Assembly (NCBI GenBank): GCA_038208905.1
Contig: JBBQYG010000069.1
Location: 1 to 18,578, forward strand
Direction: 5' to 3'
Length of the DNA: 18,578 nucleotides
Source of the DNA: Candidatus Sumerlaeia bacterium
GTDB taxonomy: Bacteria > Sumerlaeota > Sumerlaeia > SLMS01
In this document: positions 17,203 through 18,578 of the stretch, piece after piece
Numbering within the stretch: position 1 is the stretch's first letter
Layout of the letters: the number at the start of each line of letters is the position of its first letter
Made by a program: the position numbers and the translations under genes
The notes under the pieces: generated by a model
What the model was told of the DNA's origin: nothing
What the model saw: only the letters and a program-made list of their open reading frames with translations
Databases searched by the model: none

Positions 17203-17370
17203 GTGGCGGTGCCGGCTGTCGGCGTGCTCGCTTGGTTCTGGCTGACGCTCTTGGGGGTGGGTGGGGAATCGTCGACGATGCAATCACTGAGGCTGCTTCG
17301 CGTGGCGCTGCCGACGGCCCTGGTGTTGGCGTTGTGGGCGACGCCGAGGATGCTGGATCAGGAAGCGTAA
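17203..17370 (+). other. Possible small two-TM ORF or 3' remnant of a membrane-protein gene (55 codons)
   Basis: Reads VAVPAVGVLAWFWLTLLGVGGESSTMQSLRLLRVALPTALVLALWATPRMLDQEA; 46 of 55 codons end in G/C; no clear RBS; in-frame stop at 17185-17187 upstream. Confidence 0.35.
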
Positions 17371-17478
17371 GCCAGCCTTGGTCCGCCGCGTGAAATTGCT
17401 TCCCGGTTTTCCGGTTTGACCCTTACGGGGGGCGTTGGGAGCTTGTGGGGTCAGTTCAAGATTGAGGAGACCGCGCCC

Positions 17479-18393
17479 GTGAAGACCGATGGCATCGACA
17501 TGAACCGCATTGCGGAGATGGTGACGGAGGTGTTGCGCGAGCGGGGTGTGGGCTCGGTGGCGGGTGCGCCACGGCCGGGGGCGGGGACGGCGTGTGCGTT
17601 GCCGCATGGCGTGGCGGCGGGGGGTCCGGTGCGCGTGCCGAGCGCGGCGGCGGCGGCGAATCCGCTGGTGACGGCGGGGGCGTCGCGCGTGGGCCACGCG
17701 ACGGAGGGGGCGGCTCCCGATGGCGCGTGCGGGACGCTGGCGGAGTACATCGACCACACGTTGCTCAAGCAGAACGCGACGGACGCGCAGGTGCGCGAGG
17801 TGTGTCGGCAGGCGCGCGAATATAGCTTTGCGTCGGTGTGCATCAATCCGTGTCACATCGCGATGGTCGCGCGGGAGCTTGCGGGCACGAGCGTGATGGT
17901 GTGCACGGTGATCGGCTTTCCCCTCGGCGCGATGACGACGGAGTCCAAGGCTTTCGAGACGCGCGACGCAGTGGCCAAGGGCGCCCACGAGATCGACATG
18001 GTGATCAACATCGGCAAGTTGAAGTCGGGCGATTTCCAATACGTCGCCAACGACATCCGCGCGGTGGTGGAGGCGGCGCAGGGGCGCACGGTGAAGGTGA
18101 TCATCGAGACGAGCCTGCTGGAGCAGGACGACAAGATCGCGGCGTGCATTCTCTCCAAGGCGGGCGGCGCGGGCTTCGTGAAGACGAGCACGGGCTTTGC
18201 CGGCGGCGGCGCCACGCCGGAGGACATCGCCCTGATGCGCAAGATCGTGGGCACAGAGCTGGGCGTGAAGGCCAGCGGCGGCATCCGCGACTGCGAGGGC
18301 GCGGCGAAGCTCATCGAGGCCGGCGCCAGCCGCCTCGGCGCGAGCGCGAGCGTTGAGATTGTCATGGGGAAGAAGGGGGCGGGAGCGTATTGA
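17479..18393 (+). CDS. deoC: Deoxyribose-phosphate aldolase with ~86-aa N-terminal extension
   Basis: [38 protein letters not shown] (Schiff-base Lys), [27 protein letters not shown] (17464-17469) before GTG 17479; ATG 17500 is an alternative. Confidence 0.95.
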   Translation: MKTDGIDMNRIAEMVTEVLRERGVGSVAGAPRPGAGTACALPHGVAAGGPVRVPSAAAAANPLVTAGASRVGHATEGAAPDGACGTLAEYIDHTLLKQNATDAQVREVCRQAREYSFASVCINPCHIAMVARELAGTSVMVCTVIGFPLGAMTTESKAFETRDAVAKGAHEIDMVINIGKLKSGDFQYVANDIRAVVEAAQGRTVKVIIETSLLEQDDKIAACILSKAGGAGFVKTSTGFAGGGATPEDIALMRKIVGTELGVKASGGIRDCEGAAKLIEAGASRLGASASVEIVMGKKGAGAY

Positions 18394-18396
18394 GGG

Positions 18397-18450
18397 CGGG
18401 GAAAAGCGGGAAAAACGGGAAAGACGGAAACGGCGGGAGAGGCAGGAACG
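18397..18450 (+). repeat. Degenerate 9-bp tandem repeat (RCGGGAAAR-like, six units)
   Basis: cggggaaaa gcgggaaaa acgggaaag acggaaacg gcgggagag gcaggaacg, directly after the deoC stop. Confidence 0.75.
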
Positions 18451-18504
18451 GCGTTTTCGATACGCATTCCAGAGTGACTCTCGAAAGTCCTGTCGTATTC
18501 CAAC

Positions 18505-18566
18505 GTAGCTTGGGCGTCTCGCCCGAGCCTCGTCGCCCCCACACGCGGGCAAGATGCCCACGATAC
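18505..18566. repeat. Inverted REP doublet (GTAG-family REP / REPIN-like)
   Basis: 18505-18525 gtagcttgggcgtctcgcccg versus the reverse complement of 18546-18566, gtatcgtgggcatcttgcccg: 17/21 identical; each copy has its own 5-bp hairpin behind a GTAG/GTAT foot. Confidence 0.75.
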
Positions 18567-18578
18567 TCTTTTACGGCG

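Noticed and set aside
17184-17393. 69-aa ORF from the track
   Set aside because: No RBS or recognisable features; the overlapping frame 17203-17370 looks more coding-like.
17416-17444. Sigma70 promoter for deoC (TTGACC ... GAGCTT)
   Set aside because: The -35 is good but the -10 lacks the conserved first T; too weak to call without TSS data.
18397-18566. CRISPR array
   Set aside because: Units are 9 bp without spacers, or a single inverted pair; no cas genes.

Overview
High-GC bacterial chromosomal window, all credible genes on the + strand. About 15.7 kb (564-16291) is a tightly packed respiratory gene cluster: a complete alternative complex III core (actA-actB-actC-actD-actE-actF), a membrane-anchored diheme cytochrome c, and an A2-type aa3 heme-copper oxidase with assembly genes (coxB, coxA, ctaA/cox15, ctaB, ctaG/cox11, a small CoxF-like ORF, 7-helix coxC). 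A DnaC/IstB-family AAA+ ATPase follows 6 nt later, then a ~450 bp spacer, then a deoC with an ~86-aa N-terminal extension resembling a bacterial-microcompartment encapsulation peptide plus linker. Non-coding features are a near-consensus Rex/CRP-type operator upstream of actA, inverted heptamer arrays, 9-bp periodic repeats and a GTAG-type REP doublet. Most notable: the candidate microcompartment-targeted DeoC, a cytochrome c domain with Lys where the axial Met is expected, and an alphaproteobacterial/mitochondrial-style oxidase toolkit (Cox15, Cox11, CoxF-like, full-length subunit III, no Sco) attached to ACIII. All family assignments come from motif recognition by eye; no database search was run.
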